DNA of 35,992 nucleotides from Candidatus Glassbacteria bacterium (lineage in GTDB: Bacteria; Gemmatimonadota; Glassbacteria; GWA2-58-10), in contig JAZDIG010000429.1 of assembly GCA_043805105.1 (NCBI GenBank), forward strand, positions 1 to 35,992, in the 5' to 3' direction. A program made the translations under genes and the position numbers. The notes below the pieces were generated by a model. The model ran no database searches and was not told the DNA's origin. It was given only the letters and a program-made list of their open reading frames with translations. This document shows positions 19,304 through 28,177 of this stretch, one piece after another. How positions within the stretch are numbered: the first letter of the stretch is position 1; each line of letters begins with the position of its first letter.

Positions 19304-19798
19304 CTAAAGGGTAAACTTGCCGAAGTCCTCGGGATTCATCTTGCGCAGGGTTTCCCGCAGGACTTCCGGGTCGTATTCCTCGGTCTGGGTCACCGTTTTC
19401 GGCATGATCTTACTTGCGCTGTCCAGCAATTCCTCGCTGGTGTGGATCGGCGCTTTCATGCGCAGGGCCAGGGCGATCGAGTCGCTGGGACGCGCATCCA
19501 ACTCCAGCCGCTTGCCGTCCTGATTCAGGTAAATCCGGGCATAATAAGTATTGTCCCTGAGCTCGCTGATATACACCGATTCGAGCTGGACGCCCAGGTC
19601 CACCAGCGCCTGTTTGAACAGATCATGGGTCAACGGCCGCTTGAACTTGACGCCGGAAATCTCCATCGCAATGGCGCTCGCCTCGCTGGGACCGATCCAG
19701 ATCGGCAGAACCCGTTCGCCGTTCTTTTCCTTGAGCAGGACCACTGGTGAATTGTTTGAGCTGTCGATGCCGAGTCCGGAAATGGTCAGCTCGATCAT
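19304..19798 (-). CDS. Bifunctional nuclease family protein (DUF151)
   Basis: PVVLLKEKNGERVLPIWIGPSEASAIA, RPLTHDL, TYYARI, DARPSDSIALALR; probable ATG at 19798. Confidence 0.92.
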   Translation of the reverse strand: MIELTISGLGIDSSNNSPVVLLKEKNGERVLPIWIGPSEASAIAMEISGVKFKRPLTHDLFKQALVDLGVQLESVYISELRDNTYYARIYLNQDGKRLELDARPSDSIALALRMKAPIHTSEELLDSASKIMPKTVTQTEEYDPEVLRETLRKMNPEDFGKFTL

Positions 19799-19923
19799 GG
19801 CTTTCCCGCAATCTCTGAAAGTTAAAATCGAAAAGATGGAGTTGCGACTGCCTTTCTCCCCTACTCTCTTTGAATGTATCATCCGGCCGACAGAAATCCA
19901 AGTCCGGTACCGCGGCTTCAAGA

Positions 19924-21183
19924 TCAGGTGCCCATCGTCCAAGAGGTGAGGTACTTGACTTGTTCGGGCGTGAGCCTGTCGATACCGACTCCCATGGATT
20001 TCAGCTTCAGCTCGGCCACCCAGTTGTCGATCGAATCCGGCACTTCGTAGACCGTCGGCTCGAACTTGCCTTGGTTCTTGATCACGTATTCTGTGGTAAG
20101 GGCCTGCACGGCGAAGCTCATGTCCATCACCGATGCCGGATGCCCCTCGGCGGCCGCCAGGTTGATCAGCCGGCCCTCGCCCAGCACGAAAATCTTCCTG
20201 CCGTTTTTGAGATAGTAGGCGTCCACTTCACGGCGCACGCTCTTTTCGATCTTTTTAGAGATATTCTCCAATCCCTTGAGGTCGAGTTCGACGTTGAAAT
20301 GGCCGCTGTTGCAGACGATGGCCCCATCCTTCATCAGCAGGAAATGCTCCGGACGGACCACGTTGATATTGCCGGTGAGCGTGCAGAAGAGGTCGCCGAT
20401 CTTTGCCGCCTCCTCCATTTGCATCACCCGGAAGCCGTCCATCACCGCTTCGAGCGCCTTGATCGGGTCGACTTCGGTGACGATCACGTTGGCGCCCATG
20501 CCGCGCACCCGCATAGTGAATCCCCGGCCGCACCAGCCGTAGCCGGCGGCAACCACGTTCTTGCCGGCCAGCAGGATGTCGGTGGCGCGGATGATCCCGT
20601 CCACTGTGGACTGGCCCGTGCCGTAGCGGTTGTCGAATAAATGCTTGGTCTGGGCATCGTTGACCGCGAAGACCGGGATCTTGAGCGCCCCGTCTTTAGC
20701 CATGGCCCGCAGGCGGATTACTCCGGTGGTGGTCTCTTCCATGCTGCCCAGGATGCCGCTGATCTGCGCTGGATAATCGGAGTGGATGGTCGAAACCAGG
20801 TCGGCGCCGTCATCCATGGTCACAGTGGGCTTGTGCGCGATCGCCTTGTGGATGTGGGAATAGTAGGAGTCGTGATCTTCCCCGCGGATGGCGAACACCT
20901 GCATCTTATCGTGCTCGACCAGCGAGGCGGCGACATCATCCTGAGTGGATAGTGGGTTGGAAGCGCAAAGTACCAGGTCGGCTCCGCCGGCGATCAGAGT
21001 GCGGCAGAGGTTGGCGGTTTCGGCCGTCACGTGCAGACAGGCACTCATCCTGACACCCTTCAGCGGCCGTTCTTTGGCAAAGCGCTCCCTGACCAGCTGC
21101 AGGACCTGCATGTCGTGGTCCGCCCAGTCGATCCGCTTCTTGCCCTGGGCGGCCAGGCGGCTGTCGGCAATATGGCAATCCAT
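19924..21183 (-). CDS. ahcY: Adenosylhomocysteinase
   Basis: [71 protein letters not shown]. Confidence 0.97.
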   Translation of the reverse strand: MDCHIADSRLAAQGKKRIDWADHDMQVLQLVRERFAKERPLKGVRMSACLHVTAETANLCRTLIAGGADLVLCASNPLSTQDDVAASLVEHDKMQVFAIRGEDHDSYYSHIHKAIAHKPTVTMDDGADLVSTIHSDYPAQISGILGSMEETTTGVIRLRAMAKDGALKIPVFAVNDAQTKHLFDNRYGTGQSTVDGIIRATDILLAGKNVVAAGYGWCGRGFTMRVRGMGANVIVTEVDPIKALEAVMDGFRVMQMEEAAKIGDLFCTLTGNINVVRPEHFLLMKDGAIVCNSGHFNVELDLKGLENISKKIEKSVRREVDAYYLKNGRKIFVLGEGRLINLAAAEGHPASVMDMSFAVQALTTEYVIKNQGKFEPTVYEVPDSIDNWVAELKLKSMGVGIDRLTPEQVKYLTSWTMGT

Positions 21184-21279
21184 GATTTCAGTTTCTCCAG
21201 ACTGTTCGAGTTAGACTGTCGGTCCGGCCGGCGCCCGGGGATTCCGGGGCGCTGAACGATCAGGCGTGGCGGCCGACTG

Positions 21280-21311
21280 AAGCCTTCAGTGAATTAAGCC
21301 TTCAGTGAATT
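21280..21311. repeat. 16-bp tandem duplication upstream of ahcY
   Basis: AAGCCTTCAGTGAATT twice in tandem. Confidence 0.85.
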
Positions 21312-21393
21312 AAAAAGAACCGGCAGTTTCGGCCGTGACATCCTGGCGTAGACTGCCGGAATAAACTGGCAAGCGGTGTGTTTCGACTGAACG

Positions 21394-22119
21394 TCAGAGC
21401 GGCTCGCTCCTGATATTAGCGTTTTCCTCATTGAGGGTGATCATTATCGAATCGCCGGCGGTGGGCAGCGCAATATCCCAGATCAACATTTCATTAGTGG
21501 AACCCGGCCGGCGAGCCTCGGCGTGCAGCCACCAGCGGCCGAAAGGCAACTGCAGTTTTTTAACCATGCAATCCTGGTCGGTGGTTTCGACTTTTGTTTG
21601 TAATTCCGGAGTAATTGTCGTCTTGAAATCGCCGAAACCCTTGTAAGCCGACTCGCTCCACTGCTGAAGCTTCATATCGTAAACACTCTTGACCTGCAAG
21701 TACTGCTCGTGAACCTGATGGCGTCGGTCCAGCATGCCCTGCATCTGCTTGTCTACTGCCTGAAAGACCGGATATTTCTTGCGATAATCGACCGACCGGT
21801 TGTCCATTTTTTCGAGCTCGTCGCGCATGCGGTCGACACTGTCGGCCACACGGGCGCTTCTGTCGAGTACTTCCTGATAGGTGGCCAGGAGAGCCATTAA
21901 ATCGGTGGAATCGGGCCGGGGTCCCGGCTTGTTGACTTGAACCAGGCTGTCGAGCACCGCGGGGTAATTGTAAGACAGGAACTCGATCTGCGTGCCCTGG
22001 CAGGGGGTGTCACTGAACGGTAGCTGCAACTCGATGAAGAAAGTCGGCCGGGTCGTACAGCCGAACAGCACCAGCATCGACAATGGCACTATCAGGTATC
22101 TGGAGAGCCCGCGGTTCAT
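21394..22119 (-). CDS. Hypothetical lipoprotein with central coiled coil
   Basis: SD AGGAGGAG, MNRGLSRYLIVPLSMLVLFG-C lipobox. Confidence 0.75.
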   Translation of the reverse strand: MNRGLSRYLIVPLSMLVLFGCTTRPTFFIELQLPFSDTPCQGTQIEFLSYNYPAVLDSLVQVNKPGPRPDSTDLMALLATYQEVLDRSARVADSVDRMRDELEKMDNRSVDYRKKYPVFQAVDKQMQGMLDRRHQVHEQYLQVKSVYDMKLQQWSESAYKGFGDFKTTITPELQTKVETTDQDCMVKKLQLPFGRWWLHAEARRPGSTNEMLIWDIALPTAGDSIMITLNEENANIRSEPL

Positions 22120-22235
22120 CGAATTCTCCTCCTGGAGCATGAGCGGTGGCCGGAAGCGCAACCTTTTCTCGGTCGCTTACTTTTTGCCGAGAAGAAAAAT
22201 TAAAGTCAGATTAATAATTCCGCTCTCGGCCGCTG

Positions 22236-22646
22236 TCAAGCATAAACATCCACGCTTCTGCCGATTCCGGCCAGGCTCATCTGCATGCTCAGCAGACTGT
22301 CCATCGCGCTGCGCGCCCTGAAGCCAGCGGCGATTGCGTAACGCACGGCGCTGTTTTCCTCGGTCTGGTACAGCCTCACCGAATAGGACTGTACCTCCCA
22401 CTGGCCTTCCATCCTGCCGAGCATCCGGCGGCCGATCTCGCTGATATGGGCGCGGTCCAGGGAAGCGACTTCCTGGCTCTGAGACACCCAGACGGCGTTG
22501 TCGGCCGGCCAATTCGATCCCGGCACAGGGCTGGCCCAGGTCGGATTGATACCACTCCCGGCAGGCAGGTAAGGCGACAGCCCCTGCGGCAGCGGCTGCG
22601 CCATTGGCTCGGAATACCTGGCCGTGGAAATCGAGCTGAGATCCAT
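22236..22646 (-). CDS. Hypothetical protein ending GRSVDVYA
   Basis: ORF with G-rich SD before ATG 22646; C-terminus resembles the GxxxDxxA ending of YjfB-like small proteins. Confidence 0.6.
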   Translation of the reverse strand: MDLSSISTARYSEPMAQPLPQGLSPYLPAGSGINPTWASPVPGSNWPADNAVWVSQSQEVASLDRAHISEIGRRMLGRMEGQWEVQSYSVRLYQTEENSAVRYAIAAGFRARSAMDSLLSMQMSLAGIGRSVDVYA

Positions 22647-22760
22647 AACCGACCCCCCGGTTGAGCTACGGTTCAGCTTCATCCAATGGTTACCGCACCG
22701 GATCGATCCGCTACGGTAACATTCAATTTACAGAATCGCTTGTAAAATTGGAAGTAATTT

Positions 22761-22787
22761 TAAAGTTTATCCCTCCGCTGCCGATTT
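22761..22787 (+). promoter_or_regulatory. sigma28 (FliA/SigD)-type promoter
   Basis: TAAAGTTT-N11-GCCGATTT versus consensus TAAAGTTT-N11-GCCGATAA. Confidence 0.7.
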
Positions 22788-22793
22788 AGTTAA

Positions 22794-22917
22794 ATGAAGA
22801 AGGAATCATAACCCAGAGCACAAATAAGCCGCTTCGCATACATCCCCCCTCTTCCGGGAACCCCAAATTGAATGCTTATTGTGCTCCAGAAGCCCGGGCC
22901 GGACGCCCGGGCTTTTC
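22794..22917 (+). ncRNA. Candidate small RNA, about 120 nt
   Basis: Between the sigma28 promoter and a terminator; stem GAGCACAAATAAGC (22816-22829) / GCTTATTGTGCTC (22874-22886) encloses a C-rich loop; only a 5-codon ORF. Confidence 0.55.
22890..22917. terminator. Intrinsic terminator, possibly bidirectional
   Basis: AAGCCCGGGC-CGGAC-GCCCGGGCTT TTC; T run on the plus strand. Confidence 0.8.
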
Positions 22918-22926
22918 AGTTACAGG

Positions 22927-23139
22927 CTAAACGAAAAGGTTCACCCGTTGTCCGATAAGGTCCCGCGGCAGCAACGAGCTGCGGCTGGCGGTCGCTCTGG
23001 CCACCGCCAGCAAGGTTTTCTTTTGTCCTTCGATCTTGGTCCGGCTGCGGCGCACCGGTTCCAGGATGCGCTCGCGGGTGCGCTGGTATTCCCCGTAAAT
23101 CTCCAGTTGCCGTGCGTGTATTGCCTGGAAATCGGTCAT
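22927..23139 (-). CDS. Small hypothetical protein ending IGQRVNLFV
   Basis: 70-aa ORF with core-like codon usage, ending at the terminator. Confidence 0.5.
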   Translation of the reverse strand: MTDFQAIHARQLEIYGEYQRTRERILEPVRRSRTKIEGQKKTLLAVARATASRSSLLPRDLIGQRVNLFV

Positions 23140-23263
23140 GGTACCGTCCGGTCAATCTGTACGGATTGACTTGAATTAATTGCCGAACCCTCATTATTTT
23201 TAACACAAACTCCGGCTGATTACAAGGTTAAAGGTATTCGCACGATAAAAGCGGGAACCGGCC

Positions 23264-23479
23264 GTGCCAAAAATCGAATTCATTTCGCCCAACTGGGAGT
23301 GCAGCCGCTGCCACACCCGGGTGAAGAAGAAAATCCGCGTCGTCGACGGCAAGCTGATGGCGACGTTTTTCTACCTGCCGCAGAAATGCGGCGCATGCGG
23401 CAAGCTGCTCGACTTTTACAAGGTGCTGGAAGACTACGATCTCGAAACGATCAAGCGGGCGGACAAAGTGCTCGTCTGA
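23264..23479 (+). CDS. Small zinc-ribbon protein
   Basis: CSRC and CGAC pairs; strong GC3 bias. Confidence 0.7.
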   Translation: MPKIEFISPNWECSRCHTRVKKKIRVVDGKLMATFFYLPQKCGACGKLLDFYKVLEDYDLETIKRADKVLV

Positions 23480-23993
23480 GGCGGTGAAACTGAAGTCCGG
23501 TGAAATAACGATGAAAGCTTGGTGGCCCGTTAATTACCGGCCAATTAGCCGGCCGGGCCGGCAAACGGATATGGATGGGGGTTGAAGTTTATGCGAACAA
23601 ATTATCGAAATTTTTCCGAGGCAGTATCGGACTCAGTCAGCTTTCATCCCGAGCGCAGCCGGAGGATTACTATTCGAGACAATGCAAGAGGAGCGTGTAG
23701 TAGCCTGGTAATTTCCATCGTGGCCCGGGGGATGATTCCGGTGGCAGGCAGGCCATTTCGAGGACCGGTGCGGGGAGATGTGCGGTGTAGTCCTCGAAGG
23801 CAACCGCCCAAGGAGCGGCGGGAAAAGACCCAAAGCCTGGATTAACTTTGTTTTCCTTTGGTTACAAATGAAACGCTTTTGGTTCTTTTGTCGCCAAAAG
23901 AACAATTAAGCCTTTTGCCGGGGAAATAGATAGACTCCAGGATAGTATTCCAATTGACATTTTTTCGTACAGTTCTGGCGGTGAGAAAAAATC

Positions 23994-24026
23994 AAAGGCC
24001 GTCGGTCACCGGGACTGACGGCCTTT
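23994..24026 (-). terminator. Terminator downstream of tRNA-His
   Basis: AAAGGCCGTCGGTC-ACCGG-GACTGACGGCCTTT hairpin. Confidence 0.7.
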
Positions 24027-24031
24027 ATTAT

Positions 24032-24108
24032 TGGGGTGAGCGATGGGACTCGAACCCACGGCCACAAGGGCCACAACCTTGTGCTCTACCAACTGAGCTA
24101 CGCCCACC
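24032..24108 (-). tRNA. tRNA-His (GTG)
   Basis: GGTGGGCGTAGCTCAGTTGGTAGAGCACAAGGTTGTGGCCCTTGTGGCCGTGGGTTCGAGTCCCATCGCTCACCCCA: cloverleaf, GTG anticodon, encoded G-1 and CCA. Confidence 0.97.
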
Positions 24109-24140
24109 ATCGATTGCAAGGGCGAAAAAATATAGCGAGG

Positions 24141-24659
24141 TCAATCTTTTCTGTCAACCCGGATCGCCGGGTCAGGCCGGCCGGCACAGCCCGCGGGCGA
24201 AGCGGCGGCGCTGTCGACTATCAGCCTGTCTCCCGGCTGGACGGTGCCTCCCCTGATTACCCGGGCGAATATCCCCTCGCGCGGCATCACGCAGTCGCCG
24301 GCCTGTTCATAAATGGCGCAGCGGGAGTGGCATTCTTTTCCGATCTGTGTCACTTCCAGCTGGGCCTCACCAAGCGTTAAGCGATCGCCTACCGACAGCG
24401 CCGGCAGATCGATCCCCTCGGTGATGATGTTTTCCGCGAAGGCCCCGGGGGATACTTCCACTCCCCGCCGGCGGATAGTTTCGATACTTTCGGCCGCCAG
24501 CAGGCTCACCTGCCTGTGCCAGTCGCCGGCGTGCGCGTCCCCCTCGATCCCCGATCCCGCCACCAGGTGCGCCGATTCGACCGGCTTCTTCTGCATCCCT
24601 CTTTTCGGACTGATACAGATCGCGACAATCTTCCCGGCTGCGCGCTGGACCATCGTCAT
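24141..24659 (-). CDS. MOSC domain protein
   Basis: GIEGDAHAGDWHRQVSLL, PGAFAENI, EVTQIGKECH..C, CVMPREGIFARV. Confidence 0.93.
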   Translation of the reverse strand: MTMVQRAAGKIVAICISPKRGMQKKPVESAHLVAGSGIEGDAHAGDWHRQVSLLAAESIETIRRRGVEVSPGAFAENIITEGIDLPALSVGDRLTLGEAQLEVTQIGKECHSRCAIYEQAGDCVMPREGIFARVIRGGTVQPGDRLIVDSAAASPAGCAGRPDPAIRVDRKD

Positions 24660-25678
24660 CCCCCGGTTGCCATCATGCTGCGGACACCCGGTTCGCGGTA
24701 GCCGGCGAGGGCCTGGTGGGAAAATAATTTCTCCTGCAGGAAGTTGGTAATCATTCCGGCGATTTCAACATCGTCCGCGCCCTTGCGCAATGGTCCCGCC
24801 AGGTCGAGCTCCTCCGGGTTGTGCAGGCAGGGTTTGAATCCGCCATCGGAAGTCAGGCGCAGCCGCGTACAGGTCGAGCAGAATTTGCTGGTGAGGGAGG
24901 TGATGAAGCCGACCCGGCCGCAGAAACCTTCCACCGTGAACCGGCGGGCCACCCCGCCCTCGGGCTCGGCGCCGTTCAGGGGAACCAACGGGTAGCTGCG
25001 ACCGATCAGGTCCTTCATGTCGAGCCAGGAGATGAAGGAATCCTGGCTCCAGCCATTGGCCGTGAAGGGCATGAACTCGATAAAACGCACTTCGAGCGGA
25101 CTGAACCTGGCGAGTTCGACGAAATCCTCCAGCTCGTCGTCGTTCACCCCGCGCATGACCACCGTATTGAGCTTCAGCGGAACGAATCCGGCCGCAATCG
25201 CCGCCTCGATTCCCGCCATCACCCGGTAGAATGCGCCCGAGCCGGTGATCTGTTCGAACCGGTCCTCGCGCAGCGTGTCGAGGCTGACGTTGAGCCCGGC
25301 CAGGCCCGCGCTTTTCAATTGCTCCGCTTTGTCCGCCAGCAGCACGCCATTGGTGGTCAGGGACACAGTTTCGATCCCGGCCACGCGGGCCAGCCGGCCG
25401 ATCAAGGCCCCGAGGTCGGTCCGGGTGAGGGGTTCGCCGCCGGTGAGACGGACCTTGCGCACTCCCATCCGGGCGAATATCCCCACCAGCCGCTCGATTT
25501 CATCCGGCTCCAGACGCTGGCCCTTATTGCCGCACAGTGGTTCGCTGCCCGCGGGCCGGCAGTACGAACAGCTCAGGTTACAATGGTCCGTAACCGACAC
25601 CCGCAGATAATCGTGGCTGCGGCCGAACGAATCCATCAGTCTGGGCAGTGTCTCCACCATCGCTACCGGGCCTGACAA
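24656..25678 (-). CDS. moaA: GTP 3',8-cyclase, molybdenum cofactor biosynthesis protein A
   Basis: DSFGR..YLRVSVTDHCNLSCSYC, RLTGGEP, RFIEFMP, CSTCTRLRLTSDG..KPCL, terminal GG; start 25678 or 25660. Confidence 0.96.
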   Translation of the reverse strand: MSGPVAMVETLPRLMDSFGRSHDYLRVSVTDHCNLSCSYCRPAGSEPLCGNKGQRLEPDEIERLVGIFARMGVRKVRLTGGEPLTRTDLGALIGRLARVAGIETVSLTTNGVLLADKAEQLKSAGLAGLNVSLDTLREDRFEQITGSGAFYRVMAGIEAAIAAGFVPLKLNTVVMRGVNDDELEDFVELARFSPLEVRFIEFMPFTANGWSQDSFISWLDMKDLIGRSYPLVPLNGAEPEGGVARRFTVEGFCGRVGFITSLTSKFCSTCTRLRLTSDGGFKPCLHNPEELDLAGPLRKGADDVEIAGMITNFLQEKLFSHQALAGYREPGVRSMMATGG

Positions 25679-25844
25679 GTTGCGGTTCCAGGATTCCCTT
25701 GTAGTAAACGCAAAATGGAAGCTCGAGGTTTCCGGACAACGGGAACTAAATTGTCCGTGTTATATATATTGTAACCTGTTTGCGATAATTGCAACAGTGG
25801 CAGGTGGGCGGATTATATTTACGGCGGACTCGCCGGAAGAAATT

Positions 25845-25877
25845 TCTCTTTTGAAAAAGAGGGGCAAGGGGGGATTT
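25845..25877 (-). repeat. Short palindromic repeat (AAATCCCCCCTxxCCCCTCTTTTTCAAAAGAG type)
   Basis: Hairpin CTCTTTT-G-AAAAAGAG next to a G run; resembles a widespread intergenic REP-like unit; single copy here. Confidence 0.4.
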
Positions 25878-25899
25878 AAGATAACACATCCATTATATT

Positions 25900-26142
25900 T
25901 TATAGGATATCCCACTCAACTGCCCGCGAAAGCATTTCCCGAAGAAAAGCTGCCTCTCTGTTAGCAGTTGCTGCCTTGACTCCTTCCTGTTTCATGCGGG
26001 CGTGCATGTAATCCAGAACAAGCTTCTTGGAAATCTGGCTTAGCTGGGTTTCAAGCGATTCAGGGCACCGCTTGACGTTCTTAAAGAAATCGTTGTATCG
26101 TGCCGCCATGCTCCTGCTCTGGTTTTTGCCGTGCCGCTCCAT
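25900..26142 (-). pseudogene. Tyrosine integrase fragment (core-binding region only)
   Basis: LSQISKKLVLDYMHARMKQEGVKAATANREAAFLREMLSRAVEWDIL, stops before any catalytic domain. Confidence 0.7.
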
Positions 26143-26162
26143 AAACTCCGGGAAGAAGTCCT

Positions 26163-26714
26163 TCAGGGTAACTCTTTAATATTAAACAGCAGTGAAACTG
26201 CCTCAAAGAAAGGGCGTTTCCGGTCAAGAAAAAAGATAAGAGTGAACAATGCAACAAGTTCCACTATCAGCACAAACACTACGAAGATCCCGAACAGGAA
26301 ACCTCCTATGTTATAGCACCGTACAAATGCCATGAACGCCTCATAGATACAGACCAGCGAAAATAAGATGGGCGCTAAATAGAGATAAGCCAAAGTGGTG
26401 AACAGCGCGGTACTGAGCGCAGTAAGTGAAATTATTCCACTGAGGGCTGCGAGCGACAGAAATGCCAAACTCGCTGCAGCTCGTGGGTCAGTAACTTTGT
26501 CCCGATTTGTCTCGACGGCCGGAGGTTTATCCTTCACGGGCGGATTCCCGGTATCTCCCCAGTACTGATGTATGACTGCCTTCGTTGTCAGTTTGTCGAA
26601 CCTCAATGCCGTGCCATAGAAAAGAACTGTGAAAACTAACATGCAAAGCATCAGTAAGAGCAAGTTTAACCTATCGTGGAACGAGAGTCTCTGGTACCGG
26701 ATAATGGTCGACAT
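26163..26714 (-). CDS. Hypothetical multi-pass membrane protein
   Basis: About four hydrophobic segments; lower GC than the flanks. Confidence 0.65.
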   Translation of the reverse strand: MSTIIRYQRLSFHDRLNLLLLMLCMLVFTVLFYGTALRFDKLTTKAVIHQYWGDTGNPPVKDKPPAVETNRDKVTDPRAAASLAFLSLAALSGIISLTALSTALFTTLAYLYLAPILFSLVCIYEAFMAFVRCYNIGGFLFGIFVVFVLIVELVALFTLIFFLDRKRPFFEAVSLLFNIKELP

Positions 26715-27070
26715 TCAATTGCCTCCTGAACTTTCCGACACTCGGGTTATGGCACTCGTCCCGTTCCGCGCGATGACAGTCCGGTCTGCAACTCGCGTTT
26801 GACCCAAATGGTAAAGTAAAGTCCGCGTAGGGAGTAAATCGATATTACTCATATCAAAGTTGATAGCGGTTATCTTAACTTGATTTTTCCATTTCGGAGC
26901 CGGGCTTTCGCTTTTTCTGATTCGAACCAAAAGTTCCTTTATCGAATTTCATGAAATATCACCTACCTTCATCAATAGTATCAAAATTTTTCGGTTCTGA
27001 GCAGGAAAAAAGAGACTATTCTCCCTCAGTTAAACCTGCAAATCAAGATTTTACGTCTGGCAACATCGCA

Positions 27071-28177
27071 TCAGCCGCCCACCATCACCGCGCGCAGCGA
27101 GTTGGCCTTGACGATGACGTGCACCTCGAGTCCCGGCTTCAGCTCCAGCTCCCTGGCCGATTCACCGGTCAGTACGGTCCTGATCTGGCGGCCCACGTCC
27201 ACCGAGACGATAGTTCTTTCCTGGTAGGATTCGAGGTCGAGCACCCGGCCGCGCCAGACGTTCCGCGAGCTCAGGCGGGGCAACTCCCCCAGCGACAGGA
27301 TAATGTCCTCTCCGCCGATAGTCACGAAGCATTTCTGGCCGGGAGAGCCGGAGGTGTCGGTGACAAATAGTTCGAGGGGACCGGAGCGCACCTGGGCGTA
27401 GCCCGCCGTCTTGTCGACCCTTTCGACCACCGCTTCAATTATCGTCTCGATCGGTCCGGCTCTCACCACCCCGGACAAATCGGCGAAAGCCGCGTGGGGC
27501 TTTTTCAGGCTCGAGATTTTTGAGTGCTTGTGATGGCGCTCGTCCACCTCGACATCGATCAGGGCCACCTGGTCGCAGATCGCCGTGATGTCGGCGAAAC
27601 TGTGGCTGACATAGACCATGGGGATCGAAAGCTCGCTCTTGAGCCTGAGCAGGTAGGCCAGGATGCGGTCGCGCAGGGCGGCGTCCAGCCCGGTCAAAGG
27701 CTCGTCCAGGAGCAGCATCGAGGGTGAAGTCAACAGCGCCCGGCCGATTGCCACCCTTCGCTGTTCGCCGCCCGAAAGGGAACTCGCTCCACGCAGAAGC
27801 AGACGGCGCAGGTCGAGCAGGTCGTAAATTTCATCCGGTTCGAGTCTCCGCTTGTCCGCCGGGGTGCGCCGGTAGCCGAAAAGCAGGTTGTCCATGACAT
27901 TCAGGTGGGGAAAAAGCAGATTCTCCTGGAATACCACCCCCAGCCGCCTCTTTTCGATCGGGACGCTGATCCCACGTTCGGCGCAGAACAGCTCGCTTTC
28001 GCCCAGGATCCGAATGTAGCCGGACTGGGGCCTGAGGATGCCGATCAGGGACATCAGGATGGTTGTCTTGCCCGACCCTGACGGTCCCACCAGCCCGGTG
28101 ACCTTTTCGCGGCTGGAGAGGGCGGCTTCGAGACTGAAGTCGCCGCGCTGGAGCCTGAAATCCATCTCGAGCGCCAT
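27071..28177 (-). CDS. modC: Molybdate ABC transporter ATP-binding protein
   Basis: GPSGSGKTT, VFQENLLFPHLNV, LSGGEQRRVAIGRAL, LLLDEP, C-terminal TOBE region (SSRNVWRGRV). Confidence 0.93.
   Translation of the reverse strand: MALEMDFRLQRGDFSLEAALSSREKVTGLVGPSGSGKTTILMSLIGILRPQSGYIRILGESELFCAERGISVPIEKRRLGVVFQENLLFPHLNVMDNLLFGYRRTPADKRRLEPDEIYDLLDLRRLLLRGASSLSGGEQRRVAIGRALLTSPSMLLLDEPLTGLDAALRDRILAYLLRLKSELSIPMVYVSHSFADITAICDQVALIDVEVDERHHKHSKISSLKKPHAAFADLSGVVRAGPIETIIEAVVERVDKTAGYAQVRSGPLELFVTDTSGSPGQKCFVTIGGEDIILSLGELPRLSSRNVWRGRVLDLESYQERTIVSVDVGRQIRTVLTGESARELELKPGLEVHVIVKANSLRAVMVGG

Noticed and set aside
21184-21393. SAH or SAM riboswitch upstream of ahcY
   Set aside because: Consensus elements not recognisable; kept only as a low-interest structured region.
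23582-23905. ORFs 23582-23845 (+) and 23633-23905 (-)
   Set aside because: Atypical composition; they overlap a hairpin-rich element and are probably spurious.
25755-25780. ModE operator upstream of moaA (GTTATATATATTGTAAC)
   Set aside because: Only a half-site-like match, and explainable as an AT-rich -10 region.
24032-26142. Prophage or island integrated at tRNA-His
   Set aside because: The integrase fragment lies on the 5' side behind housekeeping genes, and no duplicated tRNA 3' end was found.
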